Origin: Schmidtea polychroa
Taxonomy: Eukaryota
Direction: 5' to 3'
Length of the DNA stretch: 64,000 bases
Assembly: GCA_044892525.1 (NCBI GenBank)
Contig: CM097885.1
Coordinates: forward strand, 236,470,001-236,534,000
Positions 24,524 to 37,885 of this stretch are shown here, piece after piece (position 1 is the first letter of the stretch; every line of letters begins with the position of its first letter). The notes under the pieces were generated by a model that was not told the DNA's origin, did no database searches, and worked only from the letters and a program-made list of their open reading frames with translations. A program made the position numbers and the translations under genes.

Positions 24524-25523
24524 TTAGTATAATTTTAAGTGTATTTGAATTTATATTATTTTACAAATGAATTATTATTGATGTGATGCGAAAAATTAAA
24601 AAACCATCAAATTTTAAAATTGAAATAATTTTAAAATTTATTTATATGGAACTTAATTTTCGTCTTAACAAAACAAATGTTTAAAGTTTAAGTCGTACCG
24701 TTTTTATGAATGATGCGTGATTGAAATTTTTATTGTCGATTTTAAATAATTAGTATTTGTCTCAAAAAAATATTGTTTTTATAATAATAATTAAAATATT
24801 ATTATACGACCTTTTTTCAATTTCCCCTACTGATTTCTTTTCAATTGACATTGTATTGATTAAAAAACTTGACTATGAATCAGTGAAGTTATCGATGATT
24901 CATAATCAAATTTTATAATAAATACAATGTAAAATATTATTATATTACAACTTGCACAACAATAAATTTTAGAATTATGAGTGAAGATTTAAATGCTATT
25001 GCCTCCAATAAAAACCATGACTATTAAGACAATTTTTAAATCAACAAAATAAATTTTATTATGTTTTTAAAAGATTAATTGTTTAAATTGTATAAATTAT
25101 GCTTCATTCGATCAAGGAGAATCGATTTTGAGTAAACATTGAAATAAAAGTGTCATGTTATCCATTGAAAGGAGATTTAAAAAATTTTTCAATTGAAAAT
25201 TATTTCGATTATTTAAATAATAATATAATTATTTATTATTTTTATTTCTCATAAATAAGTTACTAAATTGAAAATTACCAAATACAAAACTCAACACTGG
25301 AAATCGGTATTTTGAAATTGAACGAAAAAGTCAAGCAAAATTTTATTATTAATTGTTTAATTACTAAACAACACACTCAATTAATTTTGTTCCACATTTG
25401 TAAACAAATGAATAAATTAAAAAGGTAAACTTTGTTAACGAACAAATTTCATGAATAAAGTACAATTTTGTTTTATCAGTTTCCAATAATTCCTAATAAC
25501 CACAGGAAACCGGCAAGTGCCAG

Positions 25524-25537
25524 GTTGCCATAGCAAC
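25524..25537. promoter_or_regulatory. RFX X-box motif GTTGCCATAGCAAC
   Basis: Near-perfect palindromic X-box in a short GC-richer patch within apparently unique DNA. The target gene is not identified. Confidence 0.5.
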
Positions 25538-26321
25538 GGTAATTAAGTATGATTAATTAGTTTTCCGAAACTAATGCAATTGTGATATTTCAATATCCGC
25601 GATAAATATCTAGTAAACCTAGAAAGATAAATATCATAAATTAATCAAAATTATGACAGACATGAATGTTCCATGTTATTTTGATGCAGACATCATTTTT
25701 ATTGTTTCCTATTTAAATTCACTAATTGGTTTTCGAAATAAGCGCCGAAAGATTTCTAATGTAAATCAAGATGATGGGCTATATAGTTTGAGATTTTCAA
25801 TTTCAATTCCGATTTTAACGCGAGAATTCATGATTGGAATTAAACAGCCAACGATATTAGTAAATCATTTATTGTCTTTACTTTTTATTTGTTTTAATTT
25901 ACAATTTCGATTTTTAATTTCTTTCAGATTAGAATCTTGATATATCGTTTCAAGTGATTTAATCCTAATTAACCCTAATTTGCAAGAAAAGAGAAATTTA
26001 TATCACAATTAATAATACAGTAGTAAAATATGATAAAAATAATAAAAAAACACAAATGACACTCATGAATGTTACCACTACAGCGACTTATATCTAAATA
26101 ATTAGGAACTTTAATTTCTTTTGTCTGCAGATAATTTGTAAAATTAAAAATTAACATTATCATACATATAAATAAGATATATTGTAGAAAAACATTTATA
26201 TAATAGATAATTTAAAGTTTTATAAGTATGAATTGACATACAAAATTATACCGATAAAAGAAAAAGGCGACAATTGAGTGCGTATCAATAAAAGCGAACA
26301 GCAAAAGAGCGAATATAATTA

Positions 26322-27277
26322 CACCAATCCCTCGATATACGCGGTAGATACGTTCCAAGAAACTAACGCGCAAATCGAAACCGCGTAAATTGAGACTGCG
26401 AGTTCATATAAAGTAAGGGGATAGGTTCCAGAAACTCGCGTAAAACGAGGCATAAAAAGTTACAATTTTATTCAGAAATAGATTTAAAAAATCGACATTT
26501 AATTTTAAATTGTAAAATTTATAACATGTTCATAGTTAAAAGGTATATTAAAAGGAATAATTGTAATTTAATTATTCCGCCTCCTCACTACTATATTCTT
26601 ATTCAACCAATTTTCTTTTTGATTGGGTCGAAATCGCTACTATCATCGGATTCAAATCTAGTAGCGTGCTCTTTTTCTCGTCTTATTAAATAGTCTGTAA
26701 CCAATTTTTGTGTTTTTTTTTAAATCTTTGTAAATTTCAATGTATTGCGCGCAAAGGCTTTTAATGTCTCGCTGAAATTTAACAGCACGGTCAATATCAG
26801 GATCAGTGGCCAATTGTAAAATTTCAGAAATGTCTTTACACGTAAATTTATTTGGTTTATTATTATTATTTGAGAGACACTTGCCATCAAATATGTTTGA
26901 TTTCATTAAAAAAATATTATTTTTTAGGACCGCTGTAAGGAGTTAGTAAACCCCTATGTAAAATTATTAATGGTTAAATGGTAGAAGTGAGTTAGTAGAA
27001 ATAATTTTTTTCTGTTAAATTTTTATATTTAAATTATATATTAAATTATATCATATATTAAATTATATTAAATTAAATCAATTAAATGTATGACCGGTAA
27101 TTACATTAATATTAATAATTATCACGCCTCGGCGTTTAAATACGTTAGTAAACGACACAGTTTTGAAGTTGTTATAAAAAATAAATGCTTGAAGAAAATT
27201 TGAATTTAATTGCGTCTAACAACCGCGATAAAGTGAAACCGCGTAAAATATGTACCGCGTAATTCGAGGGATTGGTG
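26322..27277 (-). mobile_element. Non-autonomous Tc1/mariner (Tigger/pogo-like) element, 956 bp
   Basis: TA|CACCAATCCCTCGA ... TCGAGGGATTGGTG|TA. CGCGTA subterminal repeats. Pogo-like C-terminal remnant DPDIDRAVKFQRDI..YIEIYKDLKK. Confidence 0.9.
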
Positions 27278-27871
27278 TACTCTTATAATTAATATTACAT
27301 TAATAATTATAATTAATGAGTTGGATTCGAGTAGATTTCTAACAAATATTGGAAAGATTTCAAAAGAATATGCAATAAAAAGAATATATATGGCTAAATT
27401 AATAAATTAAAATTTGATTAAACAGGAATGAAATTAAAGAACCAAAAATGTATATATATAGGAAAGAAAATTTTAAATTTTCTATGAAAATGTATTAATT
27501 ACTATCTTTAAAAATTGTAAACGATGGTTTTTGCTAGTATTTTGCTAGTATTCGATGGCCATACCTTCAAAAGAAAAAATTCAAATAATTCTAATTTGTG
27601 ACGAAAAACGAATCGATAATACAAAGGTTAATATAACCACCATTCTTTAAAGATACAAAAACATTTATATAATATTACATACAGCACACATAAAGGAAAT
27701 ACCAAAGATCATACTCATAGATATACACCTAATTCCGAAATATAAATTTATAATCTAAGAAAACCGATTAAGTTATAGTATAGGAACACACAAACTTACT
27801 TGTGTGTAAAAATTAAATGTTTTGTTGGGTTATTGGGCCGTTGGTGAAATTTAAATTTAATGAATTATTTT

Positions 27872-28740
27872 AGTTGACTCACACAACAATTAACACTGGA
27901 AACTTTATTGAATATCACAAATATTTTCACAATGATACAATTGACTCAAAAACCCTACTACTGATTACACAGTGCTCATTACAACACTATAGTGAAGAAT
28001 AGCACGCGCGTATAATTCTGATTTCACAAATCTCTCAAAACTGAGGACTATAACAATTGGTAATTTAACTGGTTGTTTTCTAGTTTGACTTGGATTTAAT
28101 TGCCGAACTTTACTCTGTTATTAACTGAATAAACTCCAGCTGCTTATCCATTTAATTCTGCTTTCTTGTCTCGAATTCTACTTTTAACTCTTCTCTAAGC
28201 ATCTCTCTTTAAGTTTCTCAGCTTCAATTCTCATCAGATTCTCCAAATAAATGTCGTCGTATTACCTCAATTATTCTGTTCTTTGTCCAATATTATGTCT
28301 CAAATTTTCTGTCGCAACTCTGTTCCACAATATTTTGTCTCAAATGTTTTCTCGCAAATGTTCTCTCTTAATCGTTCTGTCACGCTATTTCTCTCTTAAC
28401 ATTCCAGAGGGCGCGTTGGGTCTCACAGACCCAGACAATCTTTGATGGTTTTTTACTTTTTACTTTTTACCGTTTTTTTTACTGGTTTGTCTTACTGTTT
28501 TGTCTTACTGTTTTTGGCATATGTATTATATATCTACGTAATATATATCTACGAAATATATATCTACGAATCCGTCCAAACAAAACAAATAACCAAGAAT
28601 ATATAAACGATCTTCTTAGCGCGCGCTCTGCAGGGTTAACTGTTCTGTTTGCTTCTGCTGTACTTCATCCTTTTATACCTCTTCACTTTGTGGCACTTTA
28701 GTTTATCTTTAATTTTCCATTTTTCAAACATAGTTTATCG
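27872..28740 (-). mobile_element. Probable LTR-like segment
   Basis: Minus-strand TATA box GGTATAAAAGG (about 28670-28680) and AATAAA (27903-27908) about 30 bp before a sharp composition change. Strong strand skew and short internal repeats. No partner LTR or TSD was identified. Confidence 0.4.
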
Positions 28741-29011
28741 ACTTTTCCTGCAATAGAGTTATTGGTTAATTATCATCGCAGACTCAGATCCACTGCCATC
28801 GTGGATTAGCAATTCGATTTCGCTTTCAGGTAACAAATCATAAAGTTTAGCTCCATTAGATCCATTCTTACAAGAAATATCATAAAACCTTTTGGAAGTG
28901 TCATTAGTTTCGGTTGTCATATAAATCTCTTCAAAGAACAACAAAGATGAGTAAATAATGAAATCGTTATGTTCAACAATCTTTGATCTTTCCCAATCGT
29001 CAAAACCATGA

Positions 29012-29165
29012 TATGATAAATTTTAGTCATTATTGGATTACATAACTTCTCCAATTCTTTATAATGGTAGTCAAACTCATCCTTTATCGCCTGTTGATTC
29101 TTTTCAAACCAATTTATCACTTCTTGACATTTATCAGTTATCAGTTTTCTATCTAATTCAGAAAT
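29012..29165 (-). pseudogene. Isolated fragment of HSP70 C-terminal lid domain (about 50 aa)
   Basis: [49 protein letters not shown] matches the conserved HSP70 pattern DKCxEVIxWLxxNQxAxKxEFxxxxKELExxCNPIxTKLY. No ATPase domain or EEVD is visible. Confidence 0.85.
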
Positions 29166-30374
29166 TACAGATCAGGTGCAATCTCTTCGGGTTTTACTCG
29201 GCTATACGCACACAGACGTGACCCTTAAACTCAGGATTGACCAGTTATCTTTAACAGCTGTCAAGATATTCTCTAGTTTTTTTCCTTTTTGCCGCTCCGA
29301 TCTGTTTTCTTTTTGTTCCCATTATCTCTGACAAGCTGTCGAGATAAGTACATTGTTGTTGTTTCTGTTTTTCCCGATTTCAAAATTCCTTTTCCTTTTG
29401 TACTAATAAATTAGTAATGACCTTTATTTTAATTCCATGTTTGCTTTCTTTTGTTCGTATTATCTTTCTCATTTCTTGTTTATTTTTAATTCCGTTTTCA
29501 TTTCGGAGTTCCCATAGATCACCTCGTTTGTCATCACGATTTTCCCCATGTAATTTTATTAATTTTTTCGTAAATTTGTTATTTAAGTACATACATACAA
29601 ACACAGACAAATAATAAAAAATACATGCAAATTTTTAAGAGGGTTTTCCATTTTAAAATTTAAAGGTGATTAACTTATTATTATTTTCAATTTATTAAAA
29701 AAATTCGTGAAAAACCATTTTGATAAATTTTTTGTAAAGAAAATGACGAAAAAGATCTACGTAAGATTTATAAGATTATTTAAAAATTTAATATTTTTTT
29801 AGAATTTCAGATATTATAATTAGTATACTTATAATGAAAACAAATATCTAATTTTCTGGTTTAGGAAATAGTTTCGCTATAAAAGCTATAAGTGAAGTAG
29901 GGTAACGTGTGAACCCGGGAACAAAGAACTATTACGTAATCGATGACGTCACAAAGGAAATTACGTCATACCCCCTCCCCCGCCCCCCTCCCGGGGGGGG
30001 TAAATTTTTTTTTAAAACTTTTTTTTAAAAATTTTTTGTTTTTACGTTGCGGTATTTTAAAATATATTACGTTGCGGTATTTTAAAATTTAAATTAAAAA
30101 ACTTATTTTGACGGTTAAGTTGACAAAATAAAATTATTGCACATACTTTGTATATATATTCTATCCGACAAGATATTCTGTCCCCCTATGGTCACACACA
30201 CAATGTATAAAAAATAATATTAGTGTCCACACATGCAACAAGTTATTATTATTACTATTATTATTATTATTAATCTATATACTCCGAGTCTATCCGACAA
30301 GATTTTCTGTCCCCCTATGGTCACACACACACACAATGTATAAAAAATAATATTAGTGTCCACACATGCAACAA

Positions 30375-30437
<63 letters not shown>

Positions 30438-30612
30438 CTATATACTCCGAGTCTATCCGACAAGATATTTTGTCCCCCCTATGGGTATTGGTCACAAGGG
30501 TAAAGGTCACAAAGGTAAAGGTCACAAAGGTACTGTTAAAAAATATTCAAGACAAAAATTTAACAAAGAAAATCTAAATATTATACTTTAAATTATACTA
30601 AAATATTATACT

Positions 30613-30982
30613 AGAATATTATACTAAAATGTATTAACACATTCACATTCATCATCTCCACAGTTCATAACATTTTCAACAACATGATCTATACATTCCC
30701 TATATACACACGGTTCAGTATCCGTAAATTCCTCCATAGGTTCATCAATTTCTTGAATGCTTTCCTAATCATCTTGAGTGTTTTCTTCATCTGTTTCATC
30801 AAATCCCAAATCTTCACTCTCTGCTACCCAGTCTATATTTAATGCGTTTGTAACAGATAATATATCCTCCATTTTCACACCAGATATTTCTGCTAATTTT
30901 TCCAATAAAAAGTTTATTATAAATTCTAAATATTAAATAATTTGATAATTAACTAATCATATTAACCTTTTTCTGTAGTCAT
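30613..30982 (-). pseudogene. Left-arm copy of the spliced acidic Cys-rich ORF, with a premature stop
   Basis: Mirror of 33202-33560, with GAG changed to TAG at 30765-30767. Confidence 0.65.
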
Positions 30983-30995
30983 TATTAGTATTTTA

Positions 30996-31491
<496 letters not shown>

Positions 31492-31904
31492 TACAACAAG
31501 AAGATTTAATATTTAATTTAATGTCTGGTAATGAAGGATTAGCACCCATTGTTTATGATCGACTTCCTATTATTCCACCTAATAATGATATTGCTAAAGG
31601 TATCAATGCACCGATAAATCCCCCTTGTTGTTTATATAAAATTTTCTCATTTGTTGACGATTTTTATTATTTACTAATGATAGCAAAGGTTTCCTATGTT
31701 TACTCAATAATTGCTTTTTAGATTTACTGATTTTAAGCTTGCCTTTGACTACTTTAAGTATAATATCGAGTAAATCATCGACAACATAATTTGGAAAAGA
31801 TTGCAAAATACTGTTTCTTTTCATACTTGGTGCCTTTAACAATGTATTGAAAAACGGGAAACTCCGATGATTTTTAACAACTTTTACTTTCTTAGTGGTT
31901 TTGT

Positions 31905-32153
31905 ATAAATGTACAATATTTAGTTATTTTCAAGAATCCTAGAGATGCAACTGTCATTGATTTTCTTGGACGACAAGCATACCCTAATAACCGTAATTTT
32001 CTTATCAATGCATTTCAAGATGCTACGAAAATACCTCATGGGTATATATTTCTCGATTTCACACAACAATGTCCCGATGATTTACCAGTAAAAACAGATA
32101 TTTTCAACCCAAAAGGTGCCATGGTTTATAAACAAAGTTCAAAACAAATTTGA
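31905..32153 (+). pseudogene. C-terminal fragment of Polinton packaging ATPase (A32/FtsK-HerA-like)
   Basis: INVQYLVIFKNPRDATVIDFLGRQAYPNNRNFLINAFQDATKIPHGYIFLDFTQQCPDDLPVKTDIF; FKNPRD and DAT..PxGY..LD are typical of this ATPase. Cut at the palindrome junction and missed by the ORF track. Confidence 0.8.
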
Positions 32154-32652
32154 AAACACGTAAATCAAAAACAAGGATATCGAGTAAAAAACAACCAAAA
32201 GTTCCACCAACAACTAGTTATACTCCATCTAAAGAACTTATTACAGAAAATTTTCCTGCAATGAATCTTATTTCGAAAAATTCTAAACCTAAACCTAAAA
32301 GTAAAACCACTAAGAAAGTAAAAGTTGTTAAAAATCATCGGAGTTTCCCGTTTTTCAATACATTGTTAAAGGCACCAAGTATGAAAAGAAACAGTATTTT
32401 GCAATCTTTTCCAAATTATGTTGTCGATGATTTACTCGATATTATACTTAAAGTAGTCAAAGGCAAGCTTAAAATCAGTAAATCTAAAAAGCAATTATTG
32501 AGTAAACATAGGAAACCTTTGCTATCATTAGTAAATAATAAAAATCGTCAACAAATGAGAAAATTTTATATAAACAACAAGGGGGATTTATCGGTGCATT
32601 GATACCTTTAGCAATATCATTATTAGGTGGAATAATAGGAAGTCGATCATAA
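32150..32652 (+). pseudogene. Basic Polinton protein with C-terminal QQGG|FIGALIPLAISLLGGIIG tail; one frameshift
   Basis: A Lys-rich ORF. Restoring one T near 32565 gives KFLYKQQGGFIGALIPLAISLLGGIIGSRS*, with a GG|F protease-type site and an amphipathic tail as in Polinton/adintovirus core proteins. The start codon is uncertain (ATG at 32261). Confidence 0.65.
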
Positions 32653-32655
32653 ACA

Positions 32656-32883
32656 ATGGGTGCTAATCCTTCATTACCAGACATTAAATTAAATATTAAA
32701 TCTTCTTGTTGTAATGGAGAAGATTTGGACGAACCCGGAAGACGAAGCCGGTTTTGGTGGAGTGGCAAAATTAAACAAAAGAGTTCCGAATTCGAAAAAG
32801 GAAACCCAGAAGTGGTTATCAGACCAGCTTGCGTACAGTTTGAACAAACCAATGCAGAAACGATTCCCAACAAGAGCATATAA
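32656..32883 (+). CDS. 75-aa ORF with N-myristoylation consensus (MGANPS) and SSCC, overlapping the integrase in another frame
   Basis: ATG lies 3 nt after the previous stop, in AACAATGG context. It overlaps the integrase ORF by 170 nt. Confidence 0.5.
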   Translation: MGANPSLPDIKLNIKSSCCNGEDLDEPGRRSRFWWSGKIKQKSSEFEKGNPEVVIRPACVQFEQTNAETIPNKSI

Positions 32884-33101
32884 AACATATGAAATAAATG
32901 ATTTATGGCAAATGGATTTGATGGAGATGATACCCTATTCGAAAATTAACAATGGGTATAAATATATTTTAACATGTATTGATGTATTCAGCCGGTTTGC
33001 CCGAGGAATACCCGTCAAGGCAAAATCTGCAGATGAAATGTCTAAAGCTGTTAATGATTTATTTAAAGATGGACATCCTAATAACTTGCAAACGGATTTA
33101 G

Positions 33102-33103
<2 letters not shown>
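32714..33103 (+). pseudogene. Polinton-type retroviral-like integrase, truncated after the second catalytic Asp
   Basis: AGFGGVAKL..KWLSDQLAYSLNKP..LWQMDL..YKYILTCIDVFSRFA..PNNLQTDLG, followed immediately by (ATT)n. Confidence 0.92.
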
Positions 33104-33188
<85 letters not shown>

Positions 33189-33201
33189 TAAAATACTAAT
33201 A

Positions 33202-33560
33202 ATGACTACAGAAAAAGGTTAATATGATTAGTTAATTATCAAATTATTTAATATTTAGAATTTATAATAAACTTTTTATTGGAAAAATTAGCAGAAATAT
33301 CTGGTGTGAAAATGGAGGATATATTATCTGTTACAAACGCATTAAATATAGACTGGGTAGCAGAGAGTGAAGATTTGGGATTTGATGAAACAGATGAAGA
33401 AAACACTCAAGATGATGAGGAAAGCATTCAAGAAATTGATGAACCTATGGAGGAATTTACGGATACTGAACCGTGTGTATATAGGGAATGTATAGATCAT
33501 GTTGTTGAAAATGTTATGAACTGTGGAGATGATGAATGTGAATGTGTTAATACATTTTAG
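33202..33560 (+). CDS. Spliced 105-aa acidic protein with C-terminal Cys cluster (exons 33202-33217 and 33259-33560)
   Basis: ATG ACT ACA GAA AAA G|gttaat...tttag|AA TTT joins in frame across a 41-bp intron: MTTEKEFIINFLLEKLAEISG...CVYRECIDHVVENVMNCGDDECECVNTF. Confidence 0.6.
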
Positions 33561-33746
33561 TATAATATTCTAGTATAATATTTTAGTATAATTTAAAGTA
33601 TAATATTTAGATTTTCTTTGTTAAATTTTTGTCTTGAATATTTTTTAACAGTAGCTTTGTGACCTTTACCTTTGTGACCTTTACCCTTGTGACCAATACC
33701 CATAGGGGGGACAAAATATCTTGTCGGATAGACTCGGAGTATATAG

Positions 33747-33803
<57 letters not shown>

Positions 33804-33902
33804 TTGTTGCATGTGTGGACACTAATATTATTTTTTATACATTGTGTGTGTGTGACCATAAAGGGGACAGAATATCTTGTCGGATAGACTCGGAGTATAT
33901 AG

Positions 33903-33965
<63 letters not shown>

Positions 33966-34127
33966 TTGTTGCATGTGTGGACACTAATATTATTTTTTAT
34001 ACATTGTGTGTGTGTGTGTGACCATAGGGGGACAGAATATCTTGTCGGATAGACTATATATACAAAGTATGTGCAATAATTTTATTTTGTCAACTTAACC
34101 GTCAAAATAAGTTTTTTAATTTAAATT

Positions 34128-34320
34128 TTAAAATACCGCAACGTAATATATATTTAATAATTAAAATACCGCAACGTAATATATTTAATAATTAAAATAC
34201 AGCAACGTAATATATTTAATTTTAAAATACCGCAACGTAATAATTAAAATATATTTAATAATTAAAATATAATTAAAATACCGCAACGTAATATATTTTA
34301 AAATACCGCAACGTAAAAAC
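34128..34320. repeat. Tandem AAAATACCGCAACGTAA repeats
   Basis: About six copies here, versus two in the left arm (30040-30090) and one at about 40154. Confidence 0.85.
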
Positions 34321-35259
34321 AAAAAATTTTAAAAAAAAAGTTTAAAAAAAAAAATTTTGTGATAATTTGACTGATTCAATTTGATGGAGAGTTTATCCTA
34401 CAAGATATTTTCTCCCTCTATGGGTATTGCTTGTAAGGGTAATGGTCGTAAGGGTACTGGTCGTAAAGGTACTGGTGTGTTTTAATGATTTTATTTAGGC
34501 AAATATTTGGTTATTATTTGGCAATAAATTCATTGGTAATTTTTTAGAGTTAGCGGGATTTTACCAACATTTTTTGTGAATTTCATGTTAATTGAAAGAA
34601 TATATAATGCTTAGTGTTAATTCTAAGATAAATTTAATTAATTTCTTGATAATTTGCTATATTTTATTGACTTGTTTTAAAATTTTAAATAAAAATTAAT
34701 TTTTAATGAGGTTAATAATCAAGTGATAGGATAAATTTTGATGATGATGACTTTGTAATGATATTGAATTTGACTAAATAATTTTTTCATATATTTTTCT
34801 AAGAATATTTACACATTGATGAACTTTAAAATATTGAAAATCTAAAGTAGAAACCAACTAATTTTATCATGATGATGATATATTTGAAATCTACTTGAAA
34901 ATTAATGTAAAATATACTGAAATTTGTGATTTAGTTTGAAAGATATATCATTTTATAATGGCTATAATTAGCCGAATCGATGATCAATCAATATATTTCA
35001 TCTCTAATTAGATATTTGATGGTGAATGTGGCGAAATATTTGTAGGAAATATTCATTTTAGCGAATTTTGATCTTTTACTGAGGTCTTTGAATTTAGCTA
35101 CTAAATTATTTCAATGGAAGAATGTTTGTAACAATTAAATAAAATTCATATTTTGAAGAATTTTATATGGATTTTAAGATATATTAAAGGGCTCAAGTGG
35201 GTGAAATTATATTCGGTTGTATTTAGTGAAGGTTAAGATGGTAATATATACGATTTAAG

Positions 35260-35685
35260 CAGTGCTCGAAGTGAGGCGGGATAGCCGGGATATTATCCCG
35301 GCATTGATTATGTAGGCGGAATTGCATCCCGGCACTTCATTTTATATAATCTATAGGTTTATCCCGGTACTTATTTCATTTTATTATCACACAAATACTG
35401 CAATTAAGTTCATACATAGTACATCCATATATGTATGTATATATATATTCTTTATTCTCTATTCTCTATTCAATTAAGAATTTCCCAAGCAGCAGTAATG
35501 GATAGGTAGGTATATTCTGAAACTTATGATTAAATGGGTGGACACCCCCCCCCCCCCAAAAATTTGTTGGACACCCCCCAAAGTTTTGCAACACCCCCAA
35601 CTGAAAATTTCTGCATAAAAGCCTGGAATCCCGGGTGTCACAGCATGCCTATCCCGGCACATATTTTGTTCCACTTCGAGCACTG
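35260..35685. mobile_element. hAT MITE, 426 bp
   Basis: Perfect 14-bp TIR CAGTGCTCGAAGTG / CACTTCGAGCACTG. TSD GATTTAAG at 35252-35259 and 35686-35693. ATCCCGG subterminal repeats. Confidence 0.95.
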
Positions 35686-37522
35686 GATTTAAGGTATTTA
35701 AAGGGGTAGAAATATTTGGTGAGGAATCGGTTAATGTTTTGAATATTTATATATTCTTATTGGTAAAATATCAAATTTTCAAGGGAAATAGTCAGCTATG
35801 AATAGTTCCTGTGAAATTATATCGTTTTAGAGGTTGTGATGAATGTTATTGCACAGTAATTTATGTTTCAGATCCAGTTTTTATTAATTTTCCACGGTTT
35901 TATTAATGGTTAATGATCAATTTACTTGGTTTTGACAATGAGATATTTGAAATCTTTAGAATTAATTGATGAAGTTAACTATTAATGAGTTATTGCTTTA
36001 AATTATTTTTATTTAAGAAGTTATTTTATTCATTTTGGGGATATCGTTGACAAAGCTTGAGAAATATTAACTTAAAAGAATTGGAAAACAACTAAAGAAA
36101 AGCGATCTTTGAAGGAAATTTATGATTTTAATTAGATTTCTAGATATTAAATAGGTTGAATATCAGTTAATCTATTGAAGGAATATTGTTATCGGATGGA
36201 TAAATGATATTTTGCTAAATTACCTTATTATATTATTATTTTAATGACTAAATTAACCAATAATCATAAATTGATGGCACAAAATATCCATGTTTTGGTT
36301 ACTCAAACACCTTAAATTTCTCGCAAAGATATACTACGCCCAATGATCATCTCATTAAATTAGAAAATAATTGTTACTTTATAATATATATTTCTAAATA
36401 ATAAGCCCTTTAACTGGATAAATGATAACCATATTTCTATTATGACTCCTTTAAATATTTTTGCCTCAAACAAATTTACTCCAAATGATAAAGAATTTAA
36501 AATTATCAATGAATAATGACCATATTATTAACTATTGTAACGAACATTAGATGAATAAATTACCTTTTGCTTTAAATGAATACAAAGTTAACCAATAAAT
36601 TAGTCGCTCGAAATAAGAATTCGGTAAGTTACATTTAAAATATTCACGAATTTCCGATCATCTCACTAAATTACCTAAGAATTTCTAAATGATTAATATA
36701 CCCTTGCGACATGTTGAATGTGAGCAGTACCTTTGTGACCAATACCCATAGGGGGACAGAATATCTTGTCGGATAAACTCGGAGTATATGGTCTTTATTG
36801 ATATATCAAAATACTGTTATTTATAAATTAACTAAAACATACTATATTATCTTACTGAAGGATACCTTAAATGTTTTTAATATATCTATTTCTAAAATAA
36901 ATCGACAGCTCAGACTAACAACATGTATGAATGACCACCCATTGTTAATTTATTTCCTGTGTCACGTCCCTCATAAATACCGTGAGTGTTTTAACAAAGC
37001 TGAGCTAAAAGAAACTTTCCAGATAACAGCTCACCTGAATGTTTTGAATAAAAATGAGCAAAATTGAGAACAAACTATTAGATGGCGATTAACTTCTGGC
37101 CATAACCCTAGCAACATGAAAATTAAGATTTTAATTATTGAATTCGTTGATTTCTGCCTGGAAATACTAACACAATATTTTTTAATTCAAGAATCTTCAT
37201 TATAAATTTTTGAATTTAAAAAATTAAATGAAGGATATATTAAATTTACAATACATAATATTATATAAAATTATACTGTATTTATTAATAAATTTAGAAT
37301 ACATAAAATTATAATATTATAATATTTTATAAAGTTATACTATATAATAATGTTTAAATATGCTTAAATAACTAAAGTGTTTAAATATTTTTAAATAACT
37401 AAATTTAAATTAATTAAATATAATTCTGATATAACTTTATTTCTTTCGTTTTAGTATCCATAAAGTAAGTAAATAAAGAATTTACTACAATATTTTAATT
37501 ATTTTACTTAGTAATGAAGAAA

Positions 37523-37885
37523 ATGAATTATATGATTATGTAGAAGATGAGTCAGACAAAATGGTGAAACACTAAAAGAATTATGTTCTGGATTTAGAGA
37601 TTTCTTATTAAAACATGAATTATATGATTATGAAGAAGATGAACCAGACAAAATGGTGAAACACTAAAGAAGTTATAGGTTTTAGATTTAGAGATTTCTT
37701 ATTAAAACATGAATTATATGATTATGAAGAAGATGAACCAGACAAAATGGTGAAACACTAAAGGACTTATGTTCTGGATTTAGAGATTTCTTATTAAAAC
37801 ATGAATTATATGATTATGAAGAAGATGAACCAGACACAATGGTGAAACACTAAAGGAGTTATAGTTCCGGATTTTTTAAATGAAT
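37523..37885. repeat. About 93-bp tandem repeat, four copies
   Basis: ATGAATTATATGATTATG starts at 37523, 37615, 37709 and 37801. Confidence 0.92.

Noticed and set aside
33101..33211. (ATT)n after QTDLG as an integrase intron
   Set aside because: A GT is present, but neither downstream AG restores the expected xEF..ER integrase continuation; treated as a truncation.
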